NCBI RefSeq assembly: GCF_004010195.1 | Contig: NC_057750.1 | Coordinates: 16,431,241 to 16,495,240 of the forward strand | DNA length: 64,000 nt | DNA from: Chiloscyllium plagiosum | Lineage: Eukaryota | Direction of reading: 5' to 3' | Shown: in pieces, positions 48,856 to 62,849 of the stretch | How the letters are laid out: every line of letters begins with the position of its first letter | Numbering within the stretch: position 1 is the first letter of the stretch | Made by a program: the position numbers and the translations under genes | The notes under the pieces: generated by a model | Databases searched by the model: none | Told to the model about the DNA's origin: nothing | The model's input: the letters and a program-made list of their open reading frames with translations, nothing else

Positions 48856-50196
48856 CTTCCAATGAAACCTGTGTGATTTTTAACTTTAGACAAATTATAG
48901 ACTGTGAAATATTATGTAATGGGAAATGCAATTTCAATAAATCGCTAGAAACTAAAGAATTCTACTGCACATGTGCCCCTGATCAGCTTATAATACTCAT
49001 GAGTTGAAATTTATGGCTGAGACCCCTGCCTAAATTTTTTTAAAATGCCTCTGAACAACCCTGTTTAGATATCTCTGCTCCATCTATTCTGCAAAGCTTT
49101 CTCTTGCTGTTCCACAAATTGGCAGCTGTGCTCAGGAATTCTGGTCCTATACCTGTCCTCCTCTCAACTTCTCTCTAACTTTTGGAAGCTTCTTAAAATT
49201 CTTTGATCAAGCTTTTGGATACCTGCTCTAATATCTGTGTTAAATGCTGTTTGATTATGCTCTGTGAAGCTCTCTTGAAAGTCGCTACAATGTTAAGACG
49301 TGCTACATAAGTACAAATTGTTGAGTTCTTTTTCTGAGAATCTCATGAAAACTGGTTATGCAGTGTTTATCATATTGTTATTTGTAGGAGCTTGCTACAT
49401 GAAAATTGACTGCTGTGTTTCTTACTGAATGCGTTTCAAAATTTCTTTACTGGCTGTAAAATGCTTTGAAATGTTCTGAGTTAGAAACACTATCTAATAG
49501 TACAAGATTTTCTTGTTACTTCCAGGCAGTAGTCATTAGTATCTATTATTTTGCCCCACAGATCTACTATTGATGCTGTAATGCTTGGGACACCATTTCC
49601 TAAGTGCCTCAATTTTGTCTGTTCTCACCCTCCTCTTTGAAAGTCTCTCTCAAGACCAAGCTACATCAGTGCCCCCTTAAAATACCTTGGCATCAACTGG
49701 CATCTCCCAGGCATAAGATGAGAGCCTGAAAATATGCCTGCAGCCTGGTTCCAGTAAGTGAACATGGAGATGGAATTAACGCTGCAAAGGGATTGGAGAG
49801 GAGAGATTGGTGGTGAGAGAGGAAAAATAACAAGTGCAGTGGGTTAATGCTCACAAAAGTTTTGGTACAGACCAGGAAGATTCCAGGTTTACACTGAATG
49901 TTGATTAGGACAACATTGTCGCTGAACAAAGATTCCTGATCCTTATTCACTGAGTCAGAAAATGTCCAGCTGTGAAAAGTGAAGGAAGTTATTAGGTTCA
50001 ATTGTTGTTGAATTTTTCTAATTCTTACATGGAATGTGGGCTTGATTGGCAAGGTCAGCTTTTAATGCTTGTCCCTACTTGTCTTGACCTGAGCAGCTTG
50101 CTAGGCCATTACAGAGGACGGTTAAGAATCAACCAGATTAAAATTGGTCTGGAGCCTGGTAGGTCAAGTCAGGCAGCATCCAAGGAGCAGGAGAAC

Positions 50197-50226
50197 CGAC
50201 GTTTCGGGCATAAGCCCTTCTTCAGG
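50197..50226 (-). ncRNA. Minimal hammerhead motif (family A, CUGAAGA variant) in fold-back insert of about 50168-50345
   Basis: Minus strand CUGAAGA-A-GGGC uuau GCCC-GAAA-CG-UC. Confidence 0.65.
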
Positions 50227-52217
50227 AGGCTTATGCCCGAAACGTCGATTCTCCTGCTCCTTGGATGCTGCCTGACCTGCTGCGCTTTTCCAGCAACACA
50301 TTTTTCTGTTCTGATCTCCAGTATCTGCAGTCCTCACTTTCTCCTAGTCTGGTACGTCAGGCCAGATAGGGATTGCAGATTTCCTTTTGAACCAGGAGGG
50401 TTTTGTTTTAGCAATCAACAATAGTTTGATGTTCAGATTGAGACCAGTGGTCCTTCTAATTATCTTTACTGCTACTCTGTAGCAGCATCTTCCAAAACCA
50501 GAAGTTGACGCCAATTGCCGCTCACAGAACATAGGAGTGCTGCATGTACACAGCTGAGCAGCTTAGCGGGAAAGTTGATTGAAATTAGCTTTCAATTCAA
50601 TTTTAATTTTAATTAATTAAAATCAAATTTGTGGTGGAATTTGAACTAATGTTGTGACCATTAGCCTGGGCCTTTGGATATACTTTTGGTCTACCCAAGA
50701 TCTTATAGTTTAGATTCACAAATAAAACTAGAGTTTTAGACAGCAGAGAGGATCAGAACTGAAGACAATAAGTAGACCTGCCCTCTCTGCACAGTGGCCT
50801 TTTGCTTTGAAATTAATTTTCTTAGTTTCCTCCAAATCTAGGACACTTGGCATTTAGCCTCTCCATCCTGACGTAGCAAGGAAGGAAGTTGGGCCCCGAT
50901 GCTGCAGTACTAGTGCTTCAGAAACAGTTAGCAAACACTAGTGCCTGCTCAGTTAACCTTCCACTCCAAGGGTAGTGTGTTTCACTCAAATAATTACAAT
51001 TAGATTCTGTAATCTCACTTCACTTAGTTTCCCTTTCTCAATATTTATACTGTTTACATTTTATGAATCTGGAGGATCTGAGGGGGCAGTTTTTGGCATT
51101 GCTTTCTCATTGGTGGATGTATCCTAAGTGGACACCAATTATTTTGAACTACAACAAGCTGCATTCATGTAACACCTTGAATGTCGAACAGTGTCCCAAA
51201 GTATTTCACATGTGCAAACTGCTAAGGTCTAACACACAAGGAGATATTAGGACAGGTAACAAAATGCTTGGTAGGTTTTAAGAAGTGCCTTAAAGGAGGA
51301 GGGTGGAAGGTTTTAGGGAAAGGGGGTTTCAGAGCCTGGGGCCTGGGCAGCTGAAGGCATGGCCAGTAGTGATGGAAAGCAGATAAATGCATGGCTGAGG
51401 AGCTGTTGTATGGGAAAAGGATTCTCATTTTTGGATCATTGGAATCTCTTTTGGGGAAGAAGTAACCTGTACAAGAAGGACGGATTGCACCTAAATTGGA
51501 AGGAGACTAATATACTCAGAATAGTAAGGATATGGAATGCTTTGCCTGCATCGGTAGTAGAATAGTATGGCAGGGCGGCGCAACATTGAGGGCTGAAGGG
51601 CCTGTACTGCGCTGTAATGTTCTACCTTCTATGTTCTAAGAATGGAAATTGGAGAAGGCCCAAGAGGCCAGAATTGGGAACAGACCAATCAAGTGGAGGT
51701 ATTTACAAATATGAGGAAAGATGATTCCATGGAGGAATTTTAAAACAAAAGATTAAACGTAGAATTGGAGTCACTGATGAACCAGCAGCCAGTCTAAGTC
51801 AGCAAACAGGATATTTATACGAGAATGAAACTTAGGGTGTGAATTAGGTGACTGCCAACTTTGCATGAGCTCTGGCTTTGTAAAGTTAGGTCAACGCATG
51901 GGTACATTTCAACAGCAGAGACAGGATTCAGAGAAAGGCAATGATGCAGTATGGGAGTAGGCAAGTGTTAATGACAGACAGAATACAGTGCTGATTTGCC
52001 AACAATCCACTTAGGGACAAGCAGTTTCAATGAAGTTTCAGACACTGTAAACATCTTTGCTCAATAAGGGTCAGATTAAGTTTCAGAGCCCTAACTAATG
52101 ATCTGTATTAGTAATAATTGACATTAATTGACAAATAGGATGATTGATTGTCATCTAAATACCAAATTAAAAATCACACAACGCCAGGTTATAGTCCAAC
52201 AGGTTTAATTGGAAGCA

Positions 52218-52252
52218 CACTAGCTTTCAGAGCATCGCTCCTTCATCAGGTG
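52218..52252 (-). ncRNA. Minimal hammerhead motif (family B) in fold-back insert of about 52165-52378
   Basis: Minus strand CAC-CUGAUGA-A-GGAGC gau GCUCU-GAAA-GC-UA-GUG (one G-U pair). Confidence 0.68.
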
Positions 52253-53154
52253 ATAATTCGATAGGCGACGCTCCGAAAGCTAGTGTGTTTCCAATTAAAC
52301 CTGTTGGACTATAACCTGGTATTGTGTGATTTTTAACTTTGTACACTCCAGTCTAACACCAGTATCTCCAAATCATGACATCAAAATACCAGTCTACCTG
52401 CATCTACTGAGCTTCTTACCCAAATGTAAAAAAATCTGACCTGCTTTGAAAGTTTTATTTTCAGGAAAACATTTTATTCAAAACAGTGTAGTTGCCTTTA
52501 AACAGTCATAATTTTCCAGCCCAAGGCTAATCACGGAACTATGGAATCATAACACACGTTGGGAGGCCATTCAGCCCATCATGCCTGTGCTGTCTTTTTG
52601 GAAGATCTGTCCTTTTGCCCAGCACTTACCCCTAAAGCTCTCCAGAGTCCTCCCCCCCCCCCCCCCAAGTATTTATCTAATCCCGTTTGCAAGTTGTTAA
52701 TGAATTTGCTTCTATCACTATTTCAGACTGCATATTCCAGATCTTAAAAATTCAAAAATATTCTCCTACTTTTCATTACCTTACTTCTTCATCATAGTTC
52801 TGTGTTACTGACCATCCTGTCAATTGAAACAATTTTCCCTAGTTACTTGAAAACTCTGATTTCTGTTATGATTTATTTTGACAATGCTTTGAGAATATTT
52901 CTGATATCTCTCAAGTTTTCAGTAAGCTGCCTCAGGTCATTGCTCATTAATTTATAAATGCAGCAAACATGCTGGGTTTCTTTGGGAACATTAAGGGATG
53001 TGTATACAGTGTACACTTATTGTTTATTGTCATTCAGTGACTCCAGATGATAAATAGCCAGAGGATATGTACAGCAGTATAGCAATCTAACAGTAGATAC
53101 ATTTTCAGAACCTGAAAGGAATTGGTAGGGTGGATACTGAAAGGATGTTTCTAC

Positions 53155-53872
53155 TTAGAGAGTCATAGAGTCACAGAGACGTACAGCATGGAAACAGACC
53201 CTTTGGTCCAACACATCCATGCCGACCAGATATCCCAACCCAAACTTGTCCCACCTGCCAGCACCTGGCCCATATCCCTCTAAACCCTTCCTATTCATAT
53301 ACCCATCCAAATGCCTCTTAAATGTTGCAATTGTACCAGCCTCCACCACGTCCTCTGGCAGCTCATTCCATACATGTACCACCCTCTGCGTGAAAACGTT
53401 GCCTCTTAGGTCTCTTTTATATCTTTCCCCTCTCACCCTAAACCTATGCCCTCTAGTTCTGGAATCCCTGACCCCAGGGAAAAGACTTTGTCTATTTATT
53501 CTATCTATGCTCCTCATAATGTTGTAAAACTCTATAAGGTCACCCCTCAGCCTCCGACGCTCCAGGGAAAACAGCCCCAGCCTGTTCAGCCTCTCCCTGT
53601 AGCTCAAATCCTCCAACCCTGGCAACATCCTTGTAAATCTATTCTGAACCCTTTCAAGTTTCACAACATCTTTCCGATAGGAAGGAGACCAGAATTGCAC
53701 GCAATATTCCAACAGTGGCCTGACCAATGTCCTGTACAGCCGCAACATGACCTCCCAACTCTTGTACTCAATACTCTGACCATTAAAGGAAAGCATACCA
53801 AACATTTTCTTCACTATCCTACCTACCTGCGACTCCACTTTCAAGGAACTATGAACCTGCACTCTAAGGTCT
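53155..53872 (-). mobile_element. Young CR1 3' fragment with an open RT C-terminal frame
   Basis: RDLRVQVHSSLK...LEYCVQFWSP...VWNELPEDVV; abuts an older plus-strand LINE tail at 53873-54180. Confidence 0.93.
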
Positions 53873-56800
53873 CTTGTGGAATGCAGGGACGCAGTTTCAA
53901 AATTAGGGGTCTCCCATTTAAGATGGAGATGAGGTGGATTTGTTTTCCCTCTGAGGGTACTGAGTCTTTGGAACTCTTCCCTAGAAGGATGTGGACTCAG
54001 AATTATTGACTGTTTTAAAGCAGAGGTGGATAAATGCGTGACAAGTGAGGGAATCAAGGAGTATGGAAGATGGGCAGGAATGAGGAGTTGAGGCCACAAT
54101 GTGAGCAGTCACGATCTTATTAAATGGTAGAGCAATCCTGAAGGGGCCCAATGACCAATTCCTGCTCCTTTCTCATGTGTATCTACAACAGATGTAAAGA
54201 AGGTCAATGTTTTGTGAATGGTGGAAATGAGACAGTCCTAAACTTGAGGGCTAGTATGAAAAATATGTTTTCCTCAAGAAAGTACAGTTGCGACAAACTC
54301 ACACCAGGCAGGTAAATGATTATGGATTAAGCCCGTCTCCTTTAATGAGGACTCAGTGTGAAAGGGACACTGGATTACTCTGGCCCCAGACTTCGAGATA
54401 AACCAGCTGGAGACGAATTACAGTCGTCTGCTTAAGTGCATTGGAGAGAAGAGAAAAGAAAATTTGAACACATTTGCAGTTTGATTGTTTTCCACTGCGG
54501 GATGTTATTCAGCAAATTAAGTTAAAGTTACAGAAAAGTTGAATGAGGATGGTAATCCAAGTCGACCAAGCTTCAAACAGAGGCGGAAAAAAACATGTAT
54601 CTTTGCTTAATTCTGCCTGTCATTCGGAACATCACTATATAATTCACTGCTCTGCAAAATCTGAATGTTTTATGTATTCACATCCCTCTCCATTCCCGCA
54701 GATCAACGAACTTCAGATTTATTAATAGGATAAACTGGTTATTTCCCAGTACCTTCAGCTTGAAGCTTCCTTTTGTAGTGGATTTAGGGAGGAGGGAGGA
54801 CCTCAATGGAATTATTAGCAGTCCCTTGAATGGAGCTAGTCTGTCTGACCCGTCTCTCGAGACAGGCAGGTGGTAAATTGAATAGGCAACCTGCTGGGAG
54901 TCGTACAGGCCAACCTCGGTGACCTTGTTCATTCTAATTGTTCCTCAGTGACAGGTGATTGGCGAATTAAACACATTCTGCCCAGCTATTTTTTTATTTA
55001 TATATTTTTTTCTCCTCTTGTCTGCAACAGTTACTTATCAATTCTAATTCCCCCTCCCATTCATCCAGAAATCATTCATTAATCTTTGTTTCAACCACTG
55101 GCATCTGCTGCAGTTCTCCTCGTGCATTTCTGAATTATCCACAAACCTATTTCATCCCCTTTTTATATATGTGTGTTTTGTTTTAAAGTTTTGGTATGAT
55201 CACTAAAAGTTTATGCCAATAGTGAAATTTGTAAAAAAAACTTTGTATATATTTAATTGCTGTTCCTGTTGACAAGGCCCTGTCAGTTTTGTTCACATTT
55301 TTTCCTACTGAAAAATAAAAAGTCCTCACAATTTGTACTCGTTTCTGTCATTCCTCTCCGTGCAAACCTCGCATGCCTAATTGCTTTTGAAGTGTGGATA
55401 TCCTGGTTATACAGATAGAACTTAGCAGTTTACACACAACAAGATTCCGCCACTTGAATTACATCAAGTGACAATGATGAACAGCATAGGGCAGGTCATT
55501 CTGCCCATCTGGTCTGTGCCTGCCTGTCTTTATGCGCTGCATGCTCAGTAGTAGCAGTGTGCACCATCTACAAGATCCATTGTGGCAACTCACCAAAGCT
55601 CCTCAGATAGTACTTTTTCAAACCCATGACCACTGCCACCCAGAAGGACAAGAGCAGCAGATACGTGGGACAGCACAATTTGCAAGTTCCCATCCCAAGT
55701 CACTTACCATCCTGACTTCAAGAGTAATTGCTGTTCCTTCACTGTCGCTAGGTCAAAGTCCTGGAACTCCCCTCAGAATAGCATTGTGGATCTATGTAAA
55801 CAAAATGGATTGCAGTGGTTCAAGAAGGTAGCTCATCAAGGGCAGCTAGGGATGGGCAATTATCCAAGTAATAATCTTTTGTCTCATTCGTATGTGGGAT
55901 ATGGGTGTCACTGATTAGGCCAGCATGTATTGCCAATCCCTAATCAACAGGGGAAGGCGATGAGCAAGGCCTTCTTGAACCGCTGCCGTGAATTTGGTAT
56001 AGATACCTCTCACAATGCTCTTAGGGAAGGATTTTGAGGATTTTTATGGAGTGACACTAAAAGAAGAGCGATATATTTCCAAGTCAGATATAAATTTGAG
56101 AGTCTTGGAAGGGAACATGATGATGGTGGTGTTTTCATGTATCTGCTGCCCTTGTCCTTCTAGACAGTACCTGTTGTGGGTTTGAAAGAGGCTGTAAGAA
56201 ACCTTGGTGAAATTCTGCAATGCATCTCTTAGATAGTACGCACTGTGGTTACTGTGCACCACTGGTGGAGAGAGTTAATGTTTTTGGATGTGGTGTTAAT
56301 CAGCAAGCTGTAATGGCCTTGATGGTATCAAGCTTCTTGATTATTGTTAGAGCTGTCCACATCCAGGAAGATAGAGAGTATTCCACCACACTCTTAACTT
56401 GTGCGTCGTAAATAGTGAACATGCTTTGAAAAGTCAGGAGGTAAGTTACTGCCAGATTTCTAGCCTTTATCTGCTCTTGTAACCACAGTATTTATATAAG
56501 AAATCCAGTTAAGCTTCTGAGAAGCCCCAGGATATTGATAGGGGTGATTTCAGTGATGGTAATGCCAATGAATGTCGAGGGCTATGTTAAATTCTGTCTT
56601 GTTGGAGATGGTCATTGCTTGCCACCTATGTGGTGTGAATGTCGCTTGCCAGCCCAGACCTGGAAATTGTCCAAGTCCTGTACATTTGGACATTCCTCGG
56701 TATCTGAGGAAATACAAATTGTCCTGAACATTGTGCAGCTGTCAGCGAGCATTGCCCACCTCTGATTTTATGATAGAGGTAAAGGTCACTGATGAAGCAA

Positions 56801-57839
56801 CCACAGATAGTTGGGGGCCTGGGACACTACAGTGATGAACACTGTGAAGCTGTCATGGTGCAGTGGTCATGCTCCTGTCTCTGGGCTAGGAGACACAGGT
56901 TCAAGTCCTGCATGCTTCAGCGATGTGTATTAACACCTCTGAAGAGGTCTGTTAGAAAATATCTTGTGAGGAACCCTTGCAAAGATGTACTGGAGCTGAG
57001 AAGACTAACCTCCATCAGCCATATCCATCTTTCCTTCAGCTAACTATGACTCAGAGAAATGGAAACTTTATCTTCTGAATCTCAATGACATTGGTTTTGC
57101 CAGGGTTCATTGATAGTCCACTTGATCAGATGCTGCTTCGATGTCAAGGGCAGTTACCCACACTTTCCTTCTTGAGTTCAGCTATTTTTTTCAGGTTTGG
57201 ATCAAGGTTGTTAAAAGATCAGGAACTGAGTGGCTCTGGTGGAATACAACCTGGGCTTCAATGAGCGCTTTATTGCTGAGCATGTGCCACTTGATAGTAC
57301 TTTTGATGACACTTCCATCATTAATGATCAACTGGCCGTGACTCAGGGAAGAATTCATGGCTATTTTTTAAAACAATGTTGAGGAATGGCTGATGGCTGC
57401 CTGAGAGGACAGCCAGTGTCTCCTTCGTAGGAATTAAGTTGTATCTCCTGTCCAGTGTCCTTTCAATGCTTGACACATGGGATCACCTATTGTAGACCAA
57501 CACCTGGCAAAAACTCTGAGTGCTTGTGACCTTGCAACCCAGCAAGCAGCAGCATTTTAAACAGAGCAATCAAGAATGTTGTGGCAGTTGGAGGACAGAG
57601 AAATTGTGCTCAGGGAAATGGGACTTCTTTGCTGCTGAAAGAAGTGACAGAGTATGTTGAAATAAACAGAAGTGCTTCCTGATGCACAGACCACAAGTAA
57701 TTACTAGAGATTAGGCTGACAGTTCCTGAATAAGGAAACAAATTGGCTAAATCTAGCTATTTACATTAATGAATATTTTATGAAGGAATAAGGAATGTTT
57801 CATTAAAGTCCACCTGGTGAGATCAGACTATTCTTCCCA

Positions 57840-58270
57840 ACCCACATACTCAATGTCATACACAGGCACTCGTGTTCTCACAAACACACACTCAGGCAGT
57901 CATATATTGCACTCACTCACTCTGAATTTCTCTGACACACAACCGCACTCTTTCGCACTCACTCTTACACATTTTCACACTTCACTCATTCCATCTTTCA
58001 CACACATGCACTCACTCTCAGACTGACACACACAAATTCTCACATACTCACACTGACGTACTCTAACACACTCAAACACATACACACACATTCACTCAGG
58101 CACACAGTGTAGTCACCCACTCTTAATCTCTTTCACACATCCCACTCTCAAGCTGCACTCACTTACATGCAAATTCTCTTACACACACTCACAAACACTG
58201 ACACACACTGTCACATATGTGCATTCTCCAACACGCTCATTCACCTGCACCAACTCAGACACCCAGTCAC
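57840..58270. repeat. Degenerate (CA)/(CACT) low-complexity tract
   Basis: Direct inspection. Confidence 0.8.
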
Positions 58271-58374
58271 AGAATTGTAGAGTATAAGCCACTCAGCCTG
58301 TTCAAACTGCTTTAAGGGAAGTACCAAGTTACTGTGAAGTAATGCTGGATGGTAATGCGATTCTTTTGAGCCTG

Positions 58375-58762
58375 AGACTCAAGCACATAATCTAAGTTAT
58401 CAGTTCTACTGCAGTACTGAAAGAGTTGTACTGGAGGTGGCATCTTTCAGATGCTAAATTGAGGTCCTGTCTATCCTCTTAGGTGGATGCAAAAGGTCTG
58501 ATGGCATAATTCAAAGAAGAATAGCTGGGGAGTTTTCCTCAGGGTCCTTGTCAGCAATTAGCCCTTGACCAATGCCGTGAGAGACAAATTACGACACATT
58601 ATCCACATAGCTGTTTGTGAGACCTTGCTGTTTGCAAATTGCCTGCTGCATTTTCTATGCTACAACAGTGGCTCTACTTCAAAAAAGGACCACTTAATTG
58701 GTATAAAACTCCTCTGAATGTTCTGAGATCATTAAAGGCACTTTATAAATACAAGTTCTTAC
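58375..58762 (+). mobile_element. DeuSINE-like (SacSINE1-like) element; further copies near 10420-10570, 27680-27860, 44575-44910, 47450-47610, 49370-49510
   Basis: Deu-domain-like core gaggtcctgtctatcctcttaggtggatgcaaaag and tail aaggcactttataaatacaag; family name from recall. Confidence 0.55.
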
Positions 58763-59677
58763 TTTCCAATGGGGCAGGTGTACAATAAAATAAATACTAG
58801 CAATTAGCAGAACAGGATAATACTGAATAGTTACCAGAATTATGGTTTCATGCTGTGCAATGATGAGTTAGATTATATCCCAAGAACAAGTCCAGTTAAA
58901 GTGGGGCCACACTTTAAGGATGTGAATTGGAAAGCATGCAGGAGAGGTTTACAACAACAGATCTAGGAATTAGATTGCAGGTATTAGAATGCATTGGAGA
59001 AAGTGGATGGAGATCCGATTGAAGTATACAAATTCAAGAGCTCAGGACAGTGTTAAAAGGGAGAGAATATTTCTGTTTGTGAATCAAGAAGCGAGAGGTC
59101 ATGGATTTAAAGTGATTAATGAAAGAAGCAAAAGTGATATGAGGAAAACTATCTTCGCAGTGAGTCTGGAATAATGCCAGATTTACATGGAGAAGGTAGG
59201 AGAATGGCACGAGGTGAGATGCTCATTTGGAGAGCTGGTACTGACACAAGGGGCTGAATGGCTCCCTGCTGCACTGTAACAATTCTGTGGTTCTTGTGGC
59301 ATTTTTGAGTGCTTCCCTGAGTGTGTTAGTTCTCTATGACGGATGTAAAATTTTGGGGTGGCACAGGTTGTTGAAAGTATCCCAATGAGAGAAGTAGGCA
59401 GGGCACAGCTATTGGGAGGAAACAGCTGTGGCAAGGGTATGGAATAGGTGATTGGAATCAAAGCAGCTATAGCTCTTACACTTATGTATCAGGGTCTCAT
59501 CTCAGGTTGGGTGTATTTCTCAAATTGCCCACCACCAAAACTCCCACTGTTAGTCTATTTTCCTCCACTGCCAACCTTTAGCCACCCGAAGCCTGGAGGA
59601 AGAAAGCCTCATCTTCCACCTTGGGACCCTCCGATCACAAGGGATCAATGTTGATTTGACCAGTTTCCTCATTTCTC

Positions 59678-61780
59678 ACTCTAGTTACCCTTTTGTTCTT
59701 AATATATTTGTAAAACCCCTTTGGATTCTCCTTAATTCTATTTGCCAAAGCTATCTCATGTCCCCGTTTTGCCCTCCTGATTTCCCTCTTAAGTATACTC
59801 CTACTTTCTTTATACTCTTCTAAGGATTCACTCGATCTATCCTGTCTGTACCTGACATATGCTTCCTTCTTATTCATAACCAAACCCTCAATTTCTTTAG
59901 TCATCCAGCATTCCCTATATCTACCTGCCTTCCCTTTCACCCTGACAGGAATATACTTTCTCTGGATTCATTTCTGAAGGCTACCCACTTTCCAGCCGTC
60001 CCGTTATCTGCGAACATCTGCCTCCAATCAGCTTTTGAAAGTTCTTGCCTAATACCGTCAAAATTGGCCTTTCTCCAATTTAGAGCTTCAACTTTTAGAT
60101 CTGGTCTATCCTTTTCCATCACTATTTTAAAACGAATAGAATTATGGTCGCTGGCGCTAAAGTGCTCCCCCACTGACACCTCAGTCACCTGCCCTGCCTT
60201 ATTTCCCAAGAGTAGGTCAAGTTTTGCACCTTCTCTAGTAGGTACATCCACATACTGAATCAGAAAATTGTCTTGTACACACTTAAGAAATTCCTCTCCA
60301 TCTAAACCTTTAACACTATGGCAGTCCCAGTCGATGTTTGGAAAGTTAAAATCCCCTACCATAACTACCCTATTATTCTTACAGATAGCTGAGGTCTCCT
60401 GACGAGTTTGTTTCTCAATTTCCCTCTGACTATTGGGAGGTCTATAATACAATCCCAATAAGGGTCATCTCTTTCTTATTTCTCAGTTACACCCAAATAA
60501 CTTCCCTGGATGTATTTCCGGGAATGTCCTCTCTCAGCACAGCTGTAATGCTATCCCTTATCAAAAATGCCACACCCCCTCCTCTTTGCCTCCCTTTCTA
60601 TCCTTTCTGTAGCATTTGTATCCTAGAACATTAAGCTGCCAGTCCTGCCCATCCCTGAGCCATGTTTCTGTAATTGCTATGATATCCCAGTCCCATGTTC
60701 CTAACCATGCCGTGAGTTCATCTGCCTTCCCTGTTAGGCCCCTTGCANNNNNNNNNNNNNNNNNNNNNNNNNNNNNNNNNNNNNNNNNNNNNNNNNNNNN
60801 NNNNNNNNNNNNNNNNNNNNNNNNNNNNNNNNNNNNNNNNNNNNNNNNNNNNNNNNNNNNNNNNNNNNNNNNNNNNNNNNNNNNNNNNNNNNNNNNNNNN
60901 NNNNNNNNNNNNNNNNNNNNNNNNNNNNNNNNNNNNNNNNNNNNNNNNNNNNNNNNNNNNNNNNNNNNNNNNNNNNNNNNNNNNNNNNNNNNNNNNNNNN
61001 NNNNNNNNNNNNNNNNNNNNNNNNNNNNNNNNNNNNNNNNNNNNNNNNNNNNNNNNNNNNNNNNNNNNNNNNNNNNNNNNNNNNNNNNNNNNNNNNNNNN
61101 NNNNNNNNNNNNNNNNNNNNNNNNNNNNNNNNNNNNNNNNNNNNNNNNNNNNNNNNNNNNNNNNNNNNNNNNNNNNNNNNNNNNNNNNNNNNNNNNNNNN
61201 NNNNNNNNNNNNNNNNNNNNNNNNNNNNNNNNNNNNNNNNNNNNNNNNNNNNNNNNNNNNNNNNAATGATCCAAAAATGTGAATCCTTCTCCCATACACC
61301 AGCTCCTCAGCCATACATTCATCTGCTCTATCCTCCTATTCCTGCCCTCACTAGCTTGTAGCACTGGGAGTAATCCAGATATTACTACCCTTGAGGACCT
61401 CCTTTTTAAATTCTACCTAACTCTCTGTAATCTCCCTTCAGAGTCTCAACCTTTTCCCTTCCAATGTCGTTGGTTCCAATGTGGACAATGACCTCCTGCT
61501 GGCCTCTCTCTCCCGTGAGAACATTCCACACCCTCTCTGAGACTTCCTTGATCCTGGCACCAGGGAAACAACACACCATTCTGCTTTTTCTCTGCTGGCC
61601 ACAGAAACATCTGTCTGTACCTCTGAATACAGAATCCCCCAACACAATTGATCTCTTGGAAGTCAAAGTACCCATCGTTGTATTAGAGCCAGTCTCAATA
61701 CCAGAAACTTGGCTGTTTGTGCTATGTTCCCCTGAGAATCCATCACCCCCTACATTTTCCAAAACAGCTTACCCTGTTTG
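59678..61780 (-). mobile_element. CR1 LINE 5'/central part: ORF1 SGNH esterase and ORF2 APE endonuclease, frameshifted
   Basis: IVLGDS...CCFPGAR...VHIGTND (esterase); IAITETWL, YYRPP, VMVGDFNFP, SDH (endonuclease). Confidence 0.92.
60748..61264. other. Assembly gap inside a CR1 LINE
   Basis: N run. Confidence 1.
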
Positions 61781-61799
61781 AAATGGGTATATCCACAAA

Positions 61800-62258
61800 T
61801 AAATTATTTGGATGCGAGCATAAGAGGTACAGTTAATAAGTTTGCAGATGACACCAAAATTGGAAGTGTAGTGATCAGCGAAGAGGGTTACCTCAGATTA
61901 CAACATGATCAGATGGGCCAATGGGCAGAGAAGTGGCAGATGGAGTTTAATTCAGGTAAGTGCGAGGTGCTGCATTTTGGGAAAGCAAATCTTAGCAGGA
62001 CTTATACAGGGGAAAGATATCAAAGAGACCTTTGGGGCAACTTTTTAACAAATGTATGGAATGAGCTGCCAGAGGAAGTGGTGGAGGCTGGCACAATTGC
62101 AACACTTAAGAGGCATTTGGATGGGTATATGAATAGGAAGGGTTTGGAGGGATACGGGCTGGGTGCTGGCAGGTAGGACTAGATTGGGTTGGGATATCTG
62201 GTTGGCATGGACGGGTTGGACCGAAGGGTCAGTTTCCATGCTGTACATCTCTATGACT
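61800..62258 (+). mobile_element. CR1 RT/3' end with internal deletions
   Basis: KFADDTK...WQMEFN joined directly to GERYQRDL and the 3' UTR. Confidence 0.9.
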
Positions 62259-62259
62259 T

Positions 62260-62830
62260 TATCTGCTGCGATGTTTCTTCAGAACAGTGTGGGTGTGAAA
62301 AGGATAAAAGGAATGCCTATGACCAGGTGCATAGCAGTAGGGACTGAAGCATGGCTGAAGCGATAGTCCTCCAGAGCTAAAGGGAATGGAGATGGAGCAA
62401 GCAAAGAGACAAAGCACGAGGTGTGGTACTGACAGAAAAATAAACAAATCAAGCAAAGGAAAGGGAACAAAATGGGGCAGTGGATGACCATTTATAAACT
62501 GAAAAATAATGTTGAGCCTGTATCTAACCGATAGATGAGGTATCATCTTACATTGAGCTTCACTGGAATAATGCAACAGGTGGTGTACAGAGATAGCGTA
62601 GCAAGAGCAAGGTTCAGAATTAAAATGGCAGGTTACTGGAACCACAGGGTCATGTTTACAGACTGAGCAGAGGTGTTCTGCAAATCAATCACTCAGTCTA
62701 CAGCTGGCTCCCCAGTGTAGAGGAGACTGTATTATGAGCAATGAATACAATAGACTAGGTTGAAGAAATATCTGTAAATTGCTACTTCACCTGGAAGAAA
62801 TGTTTGGGGCTTTGGATGGTTAGAAATTGT
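62260..62830 (-). mobile_element. Old decayed PLE fragment (GIY-YIG region)
   Basis: Visible similarity to 37720-38130. Confidence 0.45.
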
Positions 62831-62849
62831 TCAGAGGTGTTATGAAGCA

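Noticed and set aside
53155-54099. Longest ORF (314 aa) as a host gene
   Set aside because: It is a CR1 RT C-terminus preceded by the antisense read of another LINE tail; no splice structure or host domain.
60561-61364. Long ORFs of 179-267 aa, and similar ORFs at 2491-3227
   Set aside because: Artefacts of translating through N gaps.
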